This document shows, piece by piece, positions 51,431 through 64,000 of a DNA stretch of 64,000 nucleotides (position 1 is the first letter of the stretch; each line of letters opens with the position of its first letter). The DNA comes from Octopus vulgaris. Lineage: Eukaryota. The notes under the pieces are model-generated. The model saw only the letters and a program-made list of their open reading frames with translations. It made no database searches and was not told the origin of the DNA. The position numbers and the translations under genes are program-made. The stretch spans positions 46,252,001 through 46,316,000 of the forward strand of contig OX597816.1 of assembly GCA_951406725.2 (NCBI GenBank). Direction: 5' to 3'.

Positions 51431-51539
51431 GCATGCTGTGCACTCATTCATTTTAGTCTGCTTCAGAACCTCTGCTTGGGCAGATTCTTCGTATCGCATC
51501 GCATACAGTATTGTCACTACATGTAAGGTTGAATAACAG
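51431..51539 (-). CDS. Putative 5' exon of a minus-strand host gene
   Basis: Acceptor gtacttttaag|, donor |gtgagt; single open frame ...MRYEESAQAEVLKQTKMNECTAC (ATG at 51499); lies at the CpG-poor/CpG-rich boundary. No homology recognised. Confidence 0.35.
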
Positions 51540-53711
51540 CTTAAAAGTACAATGAGCAATCTTGTTACCAATGTATGTGTATGGGGGAGGAGTGTGTAAA
51601 GGTCATTCAACGCTTAAGACACCATTATGACATATTGACACCGTTATGACAACTATCTGATGATCTAACGATTTTTGCCCATATTTAGTTCCTTTTTCTT
51701 TTATAACTGCAGCTGTCAGGACATAATAATATTTTGATATGCTACGATAATTCTGCCTTTGAAAATTAAAATTAATGTTGGAGTTGATTATTTCCAATGA
51801 ATTCTACACCAGAATTTATCTCGGTCGGGTTAAGTGTATAGATTAAGATTAGTTAATATTAAAAGTTGACTAAGCAAGCAAGAGAGGTAACTCCGAACAG
51901 TATTTATTAGGCTTAATCAGCAAGTGTTGCTTAATCTTTACTTGTACTTATTGTAGAAACTAGCTTGCTGGTTTGAAAAACAAAAAGAAAAGAAAAGAAA
52001 TAGAGAAAAAAAAATGATTATCTTATTGCTAGTCACTGATATTATTTTATCGATTCCGGGAAAATGAAAATGATATCACCTTCAAAGGTGTTTTACGGTA
52101 AACAAAAAGCTCCGTATCAGACACCATGAACCATATGAGTTAACGGCTGTTTGAAAAGATAAACAAGATCTATTGTCACACAATCAAGGTGTATGTATAT
52201 TGCCTGTACTTGAGGAATGTACCGTATAGTAATCGACCTGTCCTGAAATATACCATAAATATAAGAAGAAAACATCCGTCCATATTACTGGGACTTGTTA
52301 TGTTTATGGAAAGATTTTAAAGTTGTTTTCGTCGTTGTTATTGTAAGTCCTTGGTGAGCATGATCAAAAGAATTTCTAGCTACGACCTTTCTTTTTCAGA
52401 CGTAGTATATTCCATTAATTTTTTTTTAAGACGATAGACCAGATTCTAAAAAAAGATTTGGCTACTATTTCTAGCGGACATCGAACGCGTAGCATCTCTT
52501 TCGTTTGTTTATTGAAAATTATCGAAATTACTCTTAATAATAATACTCTTGTGCTAAACGTCTGCGAATTCTACTTTCTCGTGATATTTGTGTAGATAGA
52601 TCTAAGTAGATGAGATAGCTTGGGAATAAAATAGTGTTTCGGTAAACTCGTGGTAGTTTACTGTCGGCAGAAATTGTCTAATGAAATTCGTAAATTTTGA
52701 TAAAGTACACAGGCCAAGTGCTTCGCTAAATTGAGAAAAGCATTTTTTTTTTGTTGACTTCATCAAACCTATCCGTGTCACTTATGAAGGCTTTCTTCGG
52801 ATAAAGAATATTTTTTCCTAACTACAGCAGGAATATTTTCCCGGAATATCACGAATGTCGTGTACCCACGCTATACAGAGACTGTTTACAGGCTGAATAA
52901 CATTTTAAATTCAAATTAGGGTTCTATAACATTTACACGTCTATTGTAAATGTGTAGAAACAATGTTTTATATATATATATATAACGAAGTACTTCACAT
53001 GTATTACACGTTTTCGAGAAATGTTTCAGAGAATCCTTGAGCGGTATACATATAATAAAAAAATTAAGGGAAATAATTCTAAATAGCTTAATCTTATATA
53101 GGGGAAGCTACTCTGATGCTATTTCGTGTTTCTTGCAAGGAAACGGGATTGTGGATAATTTATTTTACCTCGACAAGCGCTTTTACCAAAAATCGTATCT
53201 TGAAATACATTATTACAGTTTGTAAAAAAAATATTTGTGTCGATAATTAAGCACACTTTCTGGTTGTGATTCTTTTTCAGTTACTTATTTGTTAGGTTTT
53301 TTTTTCTGAGTATTTAATCATTTTAGTTAAGTTATTTATGTTTGCCTCTCAACTAAATACTTAAAGAATAAATCAAGGAATAATAGTTTCAAGCGGTATG
53401 TTTGATTTTTAGTAATGTGGAAAATAATGCTGGTATTTGATATATTTTAAGCACTATTAGGTGATTCGTACTGTTGTCATAGCAACAAATGATGACGTCC
53501 TTGCTGCCATGTAGCAGAGTGAAAGAAGAAAGGAGGAAGAAAACTAAGTTAGTAATAGAAGACAGTGAGAAGGGGAAACGAGCGGTGGGGGCGGTTAACA
53601 TTAGTGTAGTGTAAATTTATTAAAATACATTAAATTTTAGTGTGAAACGTAAAGGTTTATGCTCTATTGATTCCTTATACATGCATATGGTTTCGAATTG
53701 GAATGTTAGGT

Positions 53712-54113
53712 ATACTCTTTTACTCTTACTTGTTTCAGACATTTGACTGCGGCCATGCTGGAGCACCGCCTTTAGTCGAGTAAATCGACCCCGGGACTTA
53801 TTTTTTGTAAGCCCAGTACTTATTCTATCGGTCTCTTTTGCCGAACCGCTAAGTGACGGGGACGTAAACACATCAGCATCGGTTGTCGAGCAATGCTAGG
53901 GGGACAAACACAGACACACAAACACACACAGGGATATATATATATATATACGACAGGCTTCTTTCAGTTTCCGTCTACCAAATCCACTCACAAGGCATTG
54001 GTCGGCCCGGGGCTATAGTAGAAGACACTTGCCCAAGGTGCCACGCAGTGGGACTGAACCCAGAACCATGTGGTTGGTAAGCAAGCTACTTACCACACAG
54101 CCACTCCTGTGCC
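53712..54113 (-). mobile_element. SINE family A (CpG-retaining copy)
   Basis: Full body with gactgcggcc and cccgggac. Confidence 0.93.
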
Positions 54114-54541
54114 CTATAGTTAATTAAATCGAAAACATTTAACTGGTTCTTTATTATATTGGCTCCAGAAGGATAAAAAGCTAAATCATCCACAGCAGGA
54201 TTTGAACTCAGAGTGCAAAGGCGTAAAGATACGCAACTAAAAGATACTTGTCTTTCTCTGATTGTACCAATCCTCGACCCCAGTGCGTAACTGGTACTTA
54301 ACTTATCGACCCCGAAAGGATGAAAGGCAAAGTCGACCTCGGCGGAATTTGAACTCAGAACGTAACAGCAGACGAAATACAGCTACGCAAAAAAAAAAAA
54401 AAAATCCCCCGTCCTTTTTTTTTGCCTTTACTTTCACAGTGAGACTAAACATACATACAGATATCACTCCATAAAGTCATTAATTTATAAACAACGCTGT
54501 ATTTGCATTCTAATAATTAGATTATTATTATTATTATTATT

Positions 54542-55094
54542 GAGTGAGCGAGCAGAGCATGCCATCAAAGTGACACTGGGGTAAAATATACGAAGCCCAG
54601 TATACCCATCATGACTACCCGTCTGATAAGGGTACACCAGGCACATGCATCACAACCATATGTGCGCGACATGGTGATCTCATATCAAGATAAACAGCAC
54701 ATGACCTTGCAGGTGGAGCCCAGTTAGAATTTTCTTCAGATCGAGTAACCCATCCCGCTCAAAAGGTCCCTGAATAAGGGTTGTTTAAGGACGTTGAACG
54801 AAACACCCATGTTTCCAGAGGTGAATTATTCAAACCCCAAAGAATCCTTCTCAACACATGGCTATGATGCTCCCCCACTACTTCTGCTCGTGATCAGAGA
54901 TGCACATATCGTCAGCCACCAAGGGACATGCTCAACTGGTTAAGGTCAAACAACTGACAAGCAAATCTGTGGTATTGAGCAGAATATTTGCTGTAGCCCA
55001 TCTTTTATACCAAGACAAAACAATGTACATGATAACACTTCCAATCAGTTAAGATCAGAAGCCATGAGAGCCTCTGCCTGGTACTGCATCAGGG

Positions 55095-55097
<3 letters not shown>
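54542..55097 (-). mobile_element. (AAT)n-associated ~555-bp element, full length
   Basis: Embedded in (att)n on both sides; homologous to 48952-49505. Confidence 0.9.
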
Positions 55098-55146
<49 letters not shown>

Positions 55147-55328
55147 GTTATTATTATTCCGTCGAGGTCGACTTTACCTTTCATCCTTTCGGGGTTAATA
55201 AATTAAGTACCAGTTGAACACTGGAGTCGATGTAGTCAGCTCATCCCATCACCCAAATTTGCTGTCCTTGAGGCAAAAATTTGAAATGGAATCATCATCA
55301 TCATCATCATCATCATTATTATTATATT

Positions 55329-56165
55329 AGAGGGGTTGTGGAGGGAAGGAGCGACGATGTTCTCGGGGAAACTCTGGGCGTCGTTGAAGATCAACTAACC
55401 GGTCTGTTTCGGAGAACTTTCGGGCCTGGGCCTATGGATAACTTCCAGAAATCCTTTCCGTGGCAGTGTTACCGAGGGGCGCTGCCTGTTCGAGATAAAT
55501 TTTACAGGCACAGAAGTGCCGTTAGCCGGGCCTGCCTGAAATGCGCCCAAAGCGATGAAACCGTTCTACACGCCCTAGTCCAGTGCCCGAGTTCTGCTGA
55601 CCTGTAGGTTTATGTCGAACACCTTCTGTCGCGTGTAGGACGGATCCGGCTATCAGCTGAATCCATTGTGAGGATTGCCCGGCCGCCTTCTTTGGGCCGG
55701 GAGGGGCAGGCAATTTTTATTTGTCTGGTGGCTGTAGCGAAAGAGGTAGTATGGCGGACCCGTTTGAAAGGGCTAAAAACAGACACTTTTCTCTTTGGCC
55801 AAGCCCATATCAACTTTTTCAAGTTTCACTTGAAAAGGAGGTTGAGGGTGGAGAGGGAAGTGTTGCCTTGTAGCAAGTTTGTTCAAAGGTGAGTGTATGT
55901 TGAAAGAATGGCCAGTGTGAAGGGGCCACTTCTGAGCATGCACCTATAAACAAAAGAAGGGCTCTTGACCTATTGATCAGGCACTCGTGGCTTTTCTGGG
56001 TTTTTCTACGAGGACCTTAAAGTGCCTCCCCTGTTGGGAGTTTTAATTTGTTTAATTTTAATTGTTATATATAATGTTTATATGCTGTAAAATCCATTGT
56101 ATCGTCCTGTTGCATGTCATTTAATGTTATCATATGTGAGCCCTTGTGGCTAATAACAGAATGAA
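55329..56165 (+). mobile_element. Tx1/L1-clade LINE, 5'-truncated 3' end
   Basis: WQCYRGALPV...CLKCAQSDETVLHALVQC (C-terminal zinc-binding CCHC motif); tail cccttgtggctaataacagaa; flanked by (att)n/(cat)n. Confidence 0.85.
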
Positions 56166-56184
56166 TTATTATTATTATTATTTT

Positions 56185-56434
56185 CTTTGCGCCCCTTTAA
56201 AGCCTAGCCAGGCTCATGGGCCTGGTTTCCCAGTTTCAACGGCGTATGTGTTCCCCAGCTGGATTAGACGCCAGTCCATCACATCGTTACTCATTTTTGC
56301 CAGCTGAGTGGACTGGAGCAACGTGAAATGAAGTATTTTGCTCAAGAACACAACGCGTCGCCCAGTCCAGGAATCGAAACCACTATCTTACAATCATGAT
56401 GCTGACACCCTAACCACTAAGCCACGCGCCTCCA

Positions 56435-56435
<1 letters not shown>
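56185..56435 (-). mobile_element. tRNA-derived CORE-type SINE (family C)
   Basis: Minus-strand head tgtggaggcgcgtggcttagtggttagg, ggtttcgattcc B box, gtgttcttgagcaaaatacttcatttcac CORE-like segment. Confidence 0.85.
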
Positions 56436-56465
<30 letters not shown>

Positions 56466-57081
56466 TCGACATACCAAATATATCGACGCCTAATTAATGG
56501 TGAGGTATAACAGGGCAAACGTAATATGATCCATTTGTTCACTCAACTATTAATTACATTCACGAATCCGCGAGGGAAAAACCTGAGTGTGCCGCTCACC
56601 CTACTAAAAAATAGCAGTCAAATCTGGCTAAAATCGCACTCTACTGGGGGTTTTTTAATGAGAAGGCACATTAAGAAATGTATCCTTGGGTGGTAGATCA
56701 CCTGGCACTTTGGCTGACTTTAGTAGAGTCCAGTCTGTTGTAAACATTCGGGCCAGGTCTCCAGTGTAGGATTCCTTCCTTTCTCCTAGTTTCGACGACC
56801 CTGTATAGGATCATGGATACTGCTTTTCTCCTGGCTAAGGGACTAAAGAAAATCTATATTTGAAATAAAAGATTGGATGGTTATGGCAAGAATACCTTTA
56901 ATAACTGATCTGCTATATGTAGGCTAACTTGGGATCAAACAATATCAACAGTAACTATTATATTCACTTACAGAGCAATTTTCAAAACTATGCGATGTTT
57001 CGTGACAATCTGTTGCCAGTCGATGCTAAAGCTCTTGTAACCTATATGACATTTTTAACTACAAAACAAGCTCAAAATACC

Positions 57082-57299
57082 TATTTATTTATTACCCACA
57101 AGGGGAGAAACATGGACAGACATAGGTATTAAGTCGATTATATCGACCCCAGTGCGTAACTGGTACTTAATCTATCGACCCCGAAAGGACGAAAGGCAAA
57201 GTCGACCTCGGCGGAATTTGAACTCACAACGTAACGGCAGCGGAAATACCGCTAAGCATTTCGCCCGACGTGCTAACGATTCTGCCAGCTCGCCGCCTT
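57082..57299 (-). mobile_element. SINE family B with Tx1-like tail
   Basis: Well-preserved copy; acaagctcaaaata duplicated on both flanks. Confidence 0.9.
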
Positions 57300-57552
57300 A
57301 ACAACAAGCTCAAAATAGCGGCGTTCTCAAATGGCTCGAAACATTTTCTCTGTTAAAAATAGAACCATTCCTCAAAGTTACTTCTCTACTCGATAAATAT
57401 GGTGTTCCAGTTTTGGTTTCTTGTAATATAGTAAAACACCACTTTAAATATTTTATCTTCAAGTTTATGGATCAAAGTAGATTAAGATACTTAATCAATA
57501 AATATAGATTATAAAATTTCGATGCTAAAAAAGAAAATGAGCATATTATATA

Positions 57553-57952
57553 CTCTTTACTCTTTTACTCTTTTACTTGTTTCAGTCATTTGACTGCGGC
57601 CATGCTGGAGCACCGCCTTTAGTCGAGCAAATCGACCCCGGGACTTATTCTTTGTAAGCCTAGTACTTATTCTATCGGTCTCTTTGGCCGAACCGCTTGG
57701 TTACGGGGACGTAAACACACCAGCATCGGTTGTCAAGCAATGCTAGGGGGACAAACACAGACACACAAACATACATATACATATATACGACAGGCTTCTT
57801 TCAGTTTCCGTCTACCAAATCCACTCACAAGGCATTGGTCGGCCCAAGGCTATAGTAGAAGACACTTGCCCAAGATGCCACACAGTGGAACTGAACCCGG
57901 AACCATGTGGTTGGTTAGCAAGCTACTTACCACACAGCCACTCTTGCGCCTA
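57553..57952 (-). mobile_element. SINE family A
   Basis: Full body, CpG-retaining. Confidence 0.93.
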
Positions 57953-58665
57953 TATTGCTTTTCTTGTATTCATCTTATTGATTTAGAAAGAATGAAAATC
58001 AAACTCCTTCTGATTCTACCACTAACAATGAATAAATATGATAGGTATGACAAATACTTTCATGTTTCAACACCTTAATGCAACAATACGTTCATTGAGA
58101 ACGGCAAGCTGGATTTAGTTTTGATTTCCTGTCGGAGCCTATTGTCTCTCATTGTTAATATTTATAAGGAAGCTAATGCGGCGAGCTGGCAAAATGGTTA
58201 GCATGTCGGGCAAAACACTTAGCGGCATTTCTTCCGTCTTCGCGTTCTGAGTTCGAATTCCGCCGAGGTTCATTTTTGCCTTTCATCCTTTCTGGATCGA
58301 TAAAATATGTATCAGTTGAGTACTGGGGGTCGATGTAATCGACTTACATCCTCCCCCGGAATTGTGAACCTTGTCCCAAAATTTGAAACCAATATTTATG
58401 AGAAAGATATTGGACGCGGCATTTAAGTGATTGACAGTATCGTTAAGTCGTCGGACAGAATGCCTAGCAATATTTCGTCCGACGCATTATGTTCTGAATT
58501 CAAATTCCGCCAGGCTCAACTTAATTTTTCATTTCTCTGGGGGTCAATAAAATAACGTACCAGTCAAGTACTGGGATCGATGGTATCGACTAACTCCCTC
58601 CCCTCAAAACTTGAAACCTTTATGAACATTAGAGAAAGCAAGAATTGTAGAATGGCCGACTGAAG

Positions 58666-59072
58666 TGCTCTTTACTCTTTTACTCTTTTACTTGTTTCAG
58701 TCATTCGACTGCGGCCATGCTGGAGCACCGCCTTTAGTCGAGCAACTCGACCCCAGGACTTGTTCTTTTGTAAGCCCAGTACTTATTCTATCGGTCTCTT
58801 TTGCCGAACCGCTAGGTGACGGGGACGTAAACACACCAGCATCGGTTGTCAAGCAATGCTAGGGGGACAAACACAGACACACATACACATATATATATAT
58901 ACATATATACGACAGGCTTCTTTCAGTTTCCGTCTACCAAATCCACTTACAAGGCATTGGTCGGCCCGGGGCTATAGCAGAAGACACTTGCCCAAGATGC
59001 CACGCAGTGGGACTGAACCCGGAACCATGTGGTTGGTTAGCAAGCTACTTACCACACAGCCACTCCCGCGCC
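58666..59072 (-). mobile_element. SINE family A
   Basis: Full body, CpG-retaining. Confidence 0.93.
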
Positions 59073-59718
59073 TGCTGTCAGTTTTTTATTTTTTTTCCCC
59101 CTTTATGTTCAAAATTCAAATTCTATTGGTGTCAACTTGCCTTTCATCCTTCCTGAACATAAAATAACTAACCACACACACACACAAACAAACACACACA
59201 AACCTGATTCAGTGCCTTTCAGCTAAAAATAATTTGTATCTTCATATGATAGAACTTAATTTGAACCACAAAAAAAGCACAGTGCTTCGCGAGTTATTCC
59301 CCTTGTTATTACTTCCCGATCACGTTTCACGTTCTATTTGGAAGTATAGGAAGTTATTCTTAGTTAAGACGGTATATCGACTTTTAATATTTCCATGGGA
59401 AAAAAATATTATTTCCAAATTGTTATCTAGTTCTTGTCAGCTCTCATTAGGTAGATTCTTGATCAAAGTCGTTCCATTCATGAGTATACCTGACCTTGTA
59501 TACCCTAGGACTATATTGCACAATGTTTCCTTCGTAATACGACAGTGTGAATCGATGGCTATTTAGCTGCTATTTCCAGTAAGTCAGACCACTACATAGA
59601 CCATCTCTCATTGTATTATCAGAAAAACGTAGACTTGCTCGCTGGTAGTATTCTAGCGAAACAATGTTGATATTTCAACATCTAAATCATTTATTTGTGA
59701 ACGACATATTTCTCTTAG

Positions 59719-59825
59719 CACATTTTGATACAAGATTGGGCAAACTGATCTCCATCTCCGACCGATATTTCGAAACCCAGCCCAGCAAAACTGCATTCAT
59801 TTTGTCGGAGCTGCGGAAAGTGCAA
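59719..59825 (+). CDS. Putative internal exon of a plus-strand gene
   Basis: Acceptor atttctcttag|; only one open frame, HFDTRLGKLISISDRYFETQPSKTAFILSELRKVQ; GC-richer than flanks; donor |gtcggt (alternative |gtatat 4 nt later). Confidence 0.4.
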
Positions 59826-60879
59826 GTCGGTATATGTTTAAAACCCTTGGAGTTTTATTGCAAACACTCTAATCTATACTGTCATCTACTATAGCCCCGG
59901 GTCGATCACAGCCGTGTGAGTGGATCTGATAGACGGAAACTGAAAATAAATTCGTCGTGTGTGTGTTTGTGGGTATGTGTGTGTCTGTGTCTGTATTTGC
60001 CCCCACCCCCTCTTGACAACCAATGTTCGTGTGTTTACGTCCCCGTAACTAGCGGTTCAGCAAAAGAGACCGATAGAATAAGTAGCAGGCTGAACTAATA
60101 AGTACTGGGATCGATTCATTCAACTAAAAATTTTTCAAAGCAGTGCCCCAGCGTGGCCGCAGTTTAATGACCGAAACAAATATAACATAAAATATAAAAG
60201 GATGATATTTTGATATATACTTTGTATATCCCATCAATATATGTGGAGGCACATTTACATTTTGTATTTTTACTGATAATGAGGATGAGACAAAAATTTC
60301 CTTAGCACTTTTTAAGGTGCCAGGTGAATGTAAATTTGAGAATCACTGACCTAGAGCACTGAGGATACATATGAGATTAATAATGATTAAGATTTAAAAA
60401 AAAATCTGGTGTTCAGTTATCTCAGAAGTAGCACCTTTAATATTTAACAGGGATGGACCCAAGAATGGGGCTGAGAGGCACGTTCCCACCTCAAGGAAAG
60501 AAGTGCGCCCTTCTAAATAATGTTATCACACCCTTTTCTCCTAGAATTGTATTTCCTTCTGGCCTTGTGCACTCCCTTCAAAACATTCCTGGGACTGCAC
60601 CTGTTTAATTTGTCAATGCCACGAAAGTAAACATTTGAAATGAAATTGCAACGATATGGTAAAACAACAATAAAACTACTGAATTTTAAATGAACAAGAC
60701 TTCTTTACACACTAAAGGACGTTCGAAGAATTCTATTACCATCGTTCTGTTGCTGTGCTTTAACAATATAGTTCCCAATTTTGGCTGATTCAGTCAATCT
60801 AGTGCTACTACTAAATAAGTATAGTAGATGATTTGATGTTCTCAACGTATGCGACGGAAATATTGTATAGTTAATTTAT

Positions 60880-63562
60880 TTGCAGTGTTGGTCTTAGATA
60901 TATCCAGGAACTACTAATATACATCTATAGTATCATTGTTATTCGACTTTTCGGTGGCATTTCGCTCAGCTGTTTGGGGCGAACAGTCGATTGGACCTTA
61001 CCGCCTAACTCGGCGGCCTGCTGCGGCTCGCAGATAGGAATAAGGAGTACTATGAAAGGCCGATCGAAGTTGACGAAATAGAAGCGATGGCTGGCTGCAC
61101 GAGGGAGGAGTTGCCGAAGCTGGATGGTCTGCCCGACGAACTTCATATGTCGGGCTTGCGCGGGAATCTGTTAGCAGATGCATACTACAATAGTCAGCAG
61201 AACGGGAGAATTCCATATCCTGTGAGAAGAAGCGTGGAGCCAATGCTGTGAAAGGGGATGTTAACGATTTCAGGCTCATATCTCTGTAAATGCAGAGTTG
61301 AAGATTTTGGCGAAGGCGTTAGCAAAGAGGTTGGCACTTATCGTCAACGGTCTGATTCGTGAAACGTAAGTATGCGCCATTTAAACAGGATCTATCCACG
61401 ACAACCTCTATTTCATGCGATACATCATAGAGAGGATTGATAAAGAACTGGTGACGATACTTGGCAGTTGCTCTCACGGTGACCAGTTTCGGTCCCGTTT
61501 TTCGGCTCCGTCTTTCTGCAATGTATAACAACATCTACTCGGTGGGTCAGGTGAATGGTCAGCAATTGGAACTATTCAGTATCAATGCGTCGGTCCCTCA
61601 AGGTTGTCTCCCTCTCTTGCATATGTACTGATTCTAGAACCACAACTACAGAAACAGATGCTGAGGAACATCCTGCGCGAACTAGGGCGTGGGAGAACTG
61701 TGTCAGCATACTCGGACACTAGACACATAGACCCGGTCGACACCGCTCTGAAAGAATACGTGGTAGTGACAGGAGTAAAAATCAACCACGAAAAGTCAGC
61801 GGACTGTAGTTCGGCTCTTAGGTAGGACCATGCCGTTCAACAGCGTTGTGGGACACCGGACAGATAGACCGATTAAATTGCTTGAGGTCTGGTTTGGTTC
61901 AGATCTCTTGGTGAAGAATAAGTAGGACAAGGTGACAAGCAGGACGACCGGGCCGAGAAAAAGCTATCCCTAAAAGGTTGAACAGAGATGGCGAACGCAT
62001 GTATAGCCACCGTCCTATTATCGCCTGACTATCGTACCCTGCCCCAGTTCACGTTTGACCGAACTGAAGCGCGAACTGACCAGGTTTCTGCAGAAGGAAA
62101 ACGTTCTGTTCAGGCGATCTATGTTGTTATCTACATCCACTCAATGGAAGATTGGGCATGCTATAGATGACGATGCGCAGACATGCGCTGAGGCTGCGAC
62201 ATCTCTAAGCATTTCCTTGGCGGTGAGTATATATGGTCGCCGTTTGTCAGACTCGCTTTTCCTTAGCTCATCTCTTTGACTGGGCTGCTGTCCTGGATCA
62301 GGCGTAGACCAAGGCAGGGCGCCTAGCACCTAAAATACCACCAGGCGCCTACAACCCTCTGCCTGTCGAGCAATACGGTCAGTGGAAGTTACGCTGACGT
62401 TATACAGAGGTTTAGTGGTGGGCAAGAGCACCGATTTTCTCGGGTAGACTCTGGGCATCAATGAGAATCAACTGGCTGGCCTGATCTGGAGGACTTTCAG
62501 TCCGGAGCACATGGGTAAGTTTTAGAAATCTCTGACCTGTCAGTACTTCCGGATGACATTGCCGGTTCAAGATAAACTCCATAGGCATAGAAGTGCTGTC
62601 ACTCGGACCTGCCCAACATGCTCATAGAGCGATGAAACTGTTCGGCACGCATTCATCCAATGCTCGAGCGTTGCTGATTTGTGGAATTATGCCAAACGTC
62701 TTGGAGGCGCAATGGCCCAGTGGTTAGGACAGCCGACTCACAGTCAGAGGATCGCGGTTTCGATTCCCAGACCGGGCGTTGTGTGTGTTTATTGAGCGAA
62801 AACACCTAAAGCTCCACGAGGCTCCGGCAGGGGGTGGTAGCGACTCCTGTTTCTCAACTTTCTCTCACTCTTTCTTGTTTCTTGGGTAACGCTGCGATGA
62901 ACTGGCGTCCCTTCCAGCTGGGGGGAACACATACGCCACAGGAGCCGGGAAACCGGGCCTATGAGTCTGGCTAGGCTTGAAAAGGGCGCATAAATAAATA
63001 ATGCCAAATGTCTGCAGTCGTGTGTAGGACGGATTCGGTTATTAGCTGAATCCATTGCGAAGATCGTCCCGCCACCTTCTTTTGGTCGTGAAGTACAGGC
63101 AGTATTTACCCATCTGGTGGCCTTAGCGAAAGAAACTGCGTGTTGGGCAAGACTGAAAGGGTTGAAGATAAACACCTTTCTCTTTGGCCAAGTGTTTCTA
63201 GTTTCAACTGTTTCAAGTTTCACTTGAAAAGGAAAATAAGGTTGGAAAGGTAAGTGCTGTCTTCTAGTAAATTTGTTGAAAGATGGGTGAATATAGCAAG
63301 GATAGTCCGAACTGACCTGATCTGAGCATTCACCTGTAGATTGAGGTGAGGGCGTCCGTGGTTTTGTGGGGTTTCCACGAGAAACCTTCGAAAGTCTCTC
63401 TCGCTGTTGGAGATTCTTTCTTCTTTGAATTTTTTTTGTGTTTCTTTGTTTTTATTATTTTATTGTTTACACACCTTCTTGTAAACCCATATCATGTCAT
63501 ACTGTATCGTACTATACCATCCTTGCTCTTTGCGTAAACCCTTAGTGGTTAGTAAAGAAATC
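60880..63562 (+). mobile_element. Decayed Tx1/L1-clade LINE (RT and C-terminal region)
   Basis: NDFRLISL*NAELKILAKALAKRL, VPQGCLP, TGVKINHEKS; 62400-63340 parallels 55329-55950; many stops and frameshifts. Confidence 0.85.
62701..63000 (+). mobile_element. Family C SINE nested in the Tx1-like LINE
   Basis: Head tggaggcgcaatggcccagtggttagg; atgccaaa(c/t)gtct duplicated on both flanks. Confidence 0.88.
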
Positions 63563-63872
63563 ATCATTATCATCATCATCATCAGTGGCAGTAGTAGTAA
63601 TAATATGCCCTGGTGTAACAAAATCACTAGAACATTGTGTTAAAAGCCATATCAGTTCAAATTTTCCTCTTATTTATATCTGGGCGTCGATACCGACAAG
63701 CACTTTTTTCTAACAAATTTACAACCTTGTGTCGATGTAAAAAGTAAAAGATCATTATTGAAAACGAACGAAAGCGTTCATTTGTTTTGCTTTTTATTTT
63801 GCTTAAAGAAATTACCATAAAAATTTATTACTTATAAATTTATTTGTTTATATTGGAAAGCTCTTGTTTTAG

Positions 63873-63951
63873 TCCATCTAAAATGGCAGAACTAAGGCTC
63901 CTTGCCAGCAATGTTATTCGAGATGATATAAAACAAGTTCTATCGTCCTAA
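63873..63951 (+). CDS. Possible terminal exon of a plus-strand gene
   Basis: Acceptor ctcttgttttag| then PSKMAELRLLASNVIRDDIKQVLSS*. Its phase does not join directly to the 59719 exon. Confidence 0.22.
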
Positions 63952-64000
63952 AGTTATTACTTTCTTCTTAGCTTCGTATGACAGTATCAAAATACACGCT

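Overview
Eukaryotic, AT-rich, repeat-dominated genomic DNA. The SINE, RTE, Helitron and microsatellite content resembles an octopus/cephalopod genome (recognised from repeat families, not from a search). There is no intact long CDS, and most ORFs in the track are microsatellite or SINE artefacts. The window holds decayed DNA transposons (Merlin end, hAT-like, mariner, Helitron RepHel plus two non-autonomous Helitrons, piggyBac-like MITE), LINE remnants (RTE, BovB-like, Tx1/L1-like, CR1), a solo LTR, dozens of tRNA-derived SINEs from at least 3 families, and an (AAT)n-targeting element. A few short splice-bounded segments suggest a minus-strand host gene (about 51.5 kb towards 18.9 kb) and a plus-strand gene to its right, both low confidence. 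The most striking observation is about 10 minimal type-I hammerhead-ribozyme-like motifs of the Penelope pseudo-LTR type, several inside fold-back insertions. Their cores appear to co-vary at the C3:G8 tertiary pair (C-G, U-A, G-C). One forms the tail of a tRNA-headed SINE, and the best-preserved one lies in the sense strand of a putative intron.
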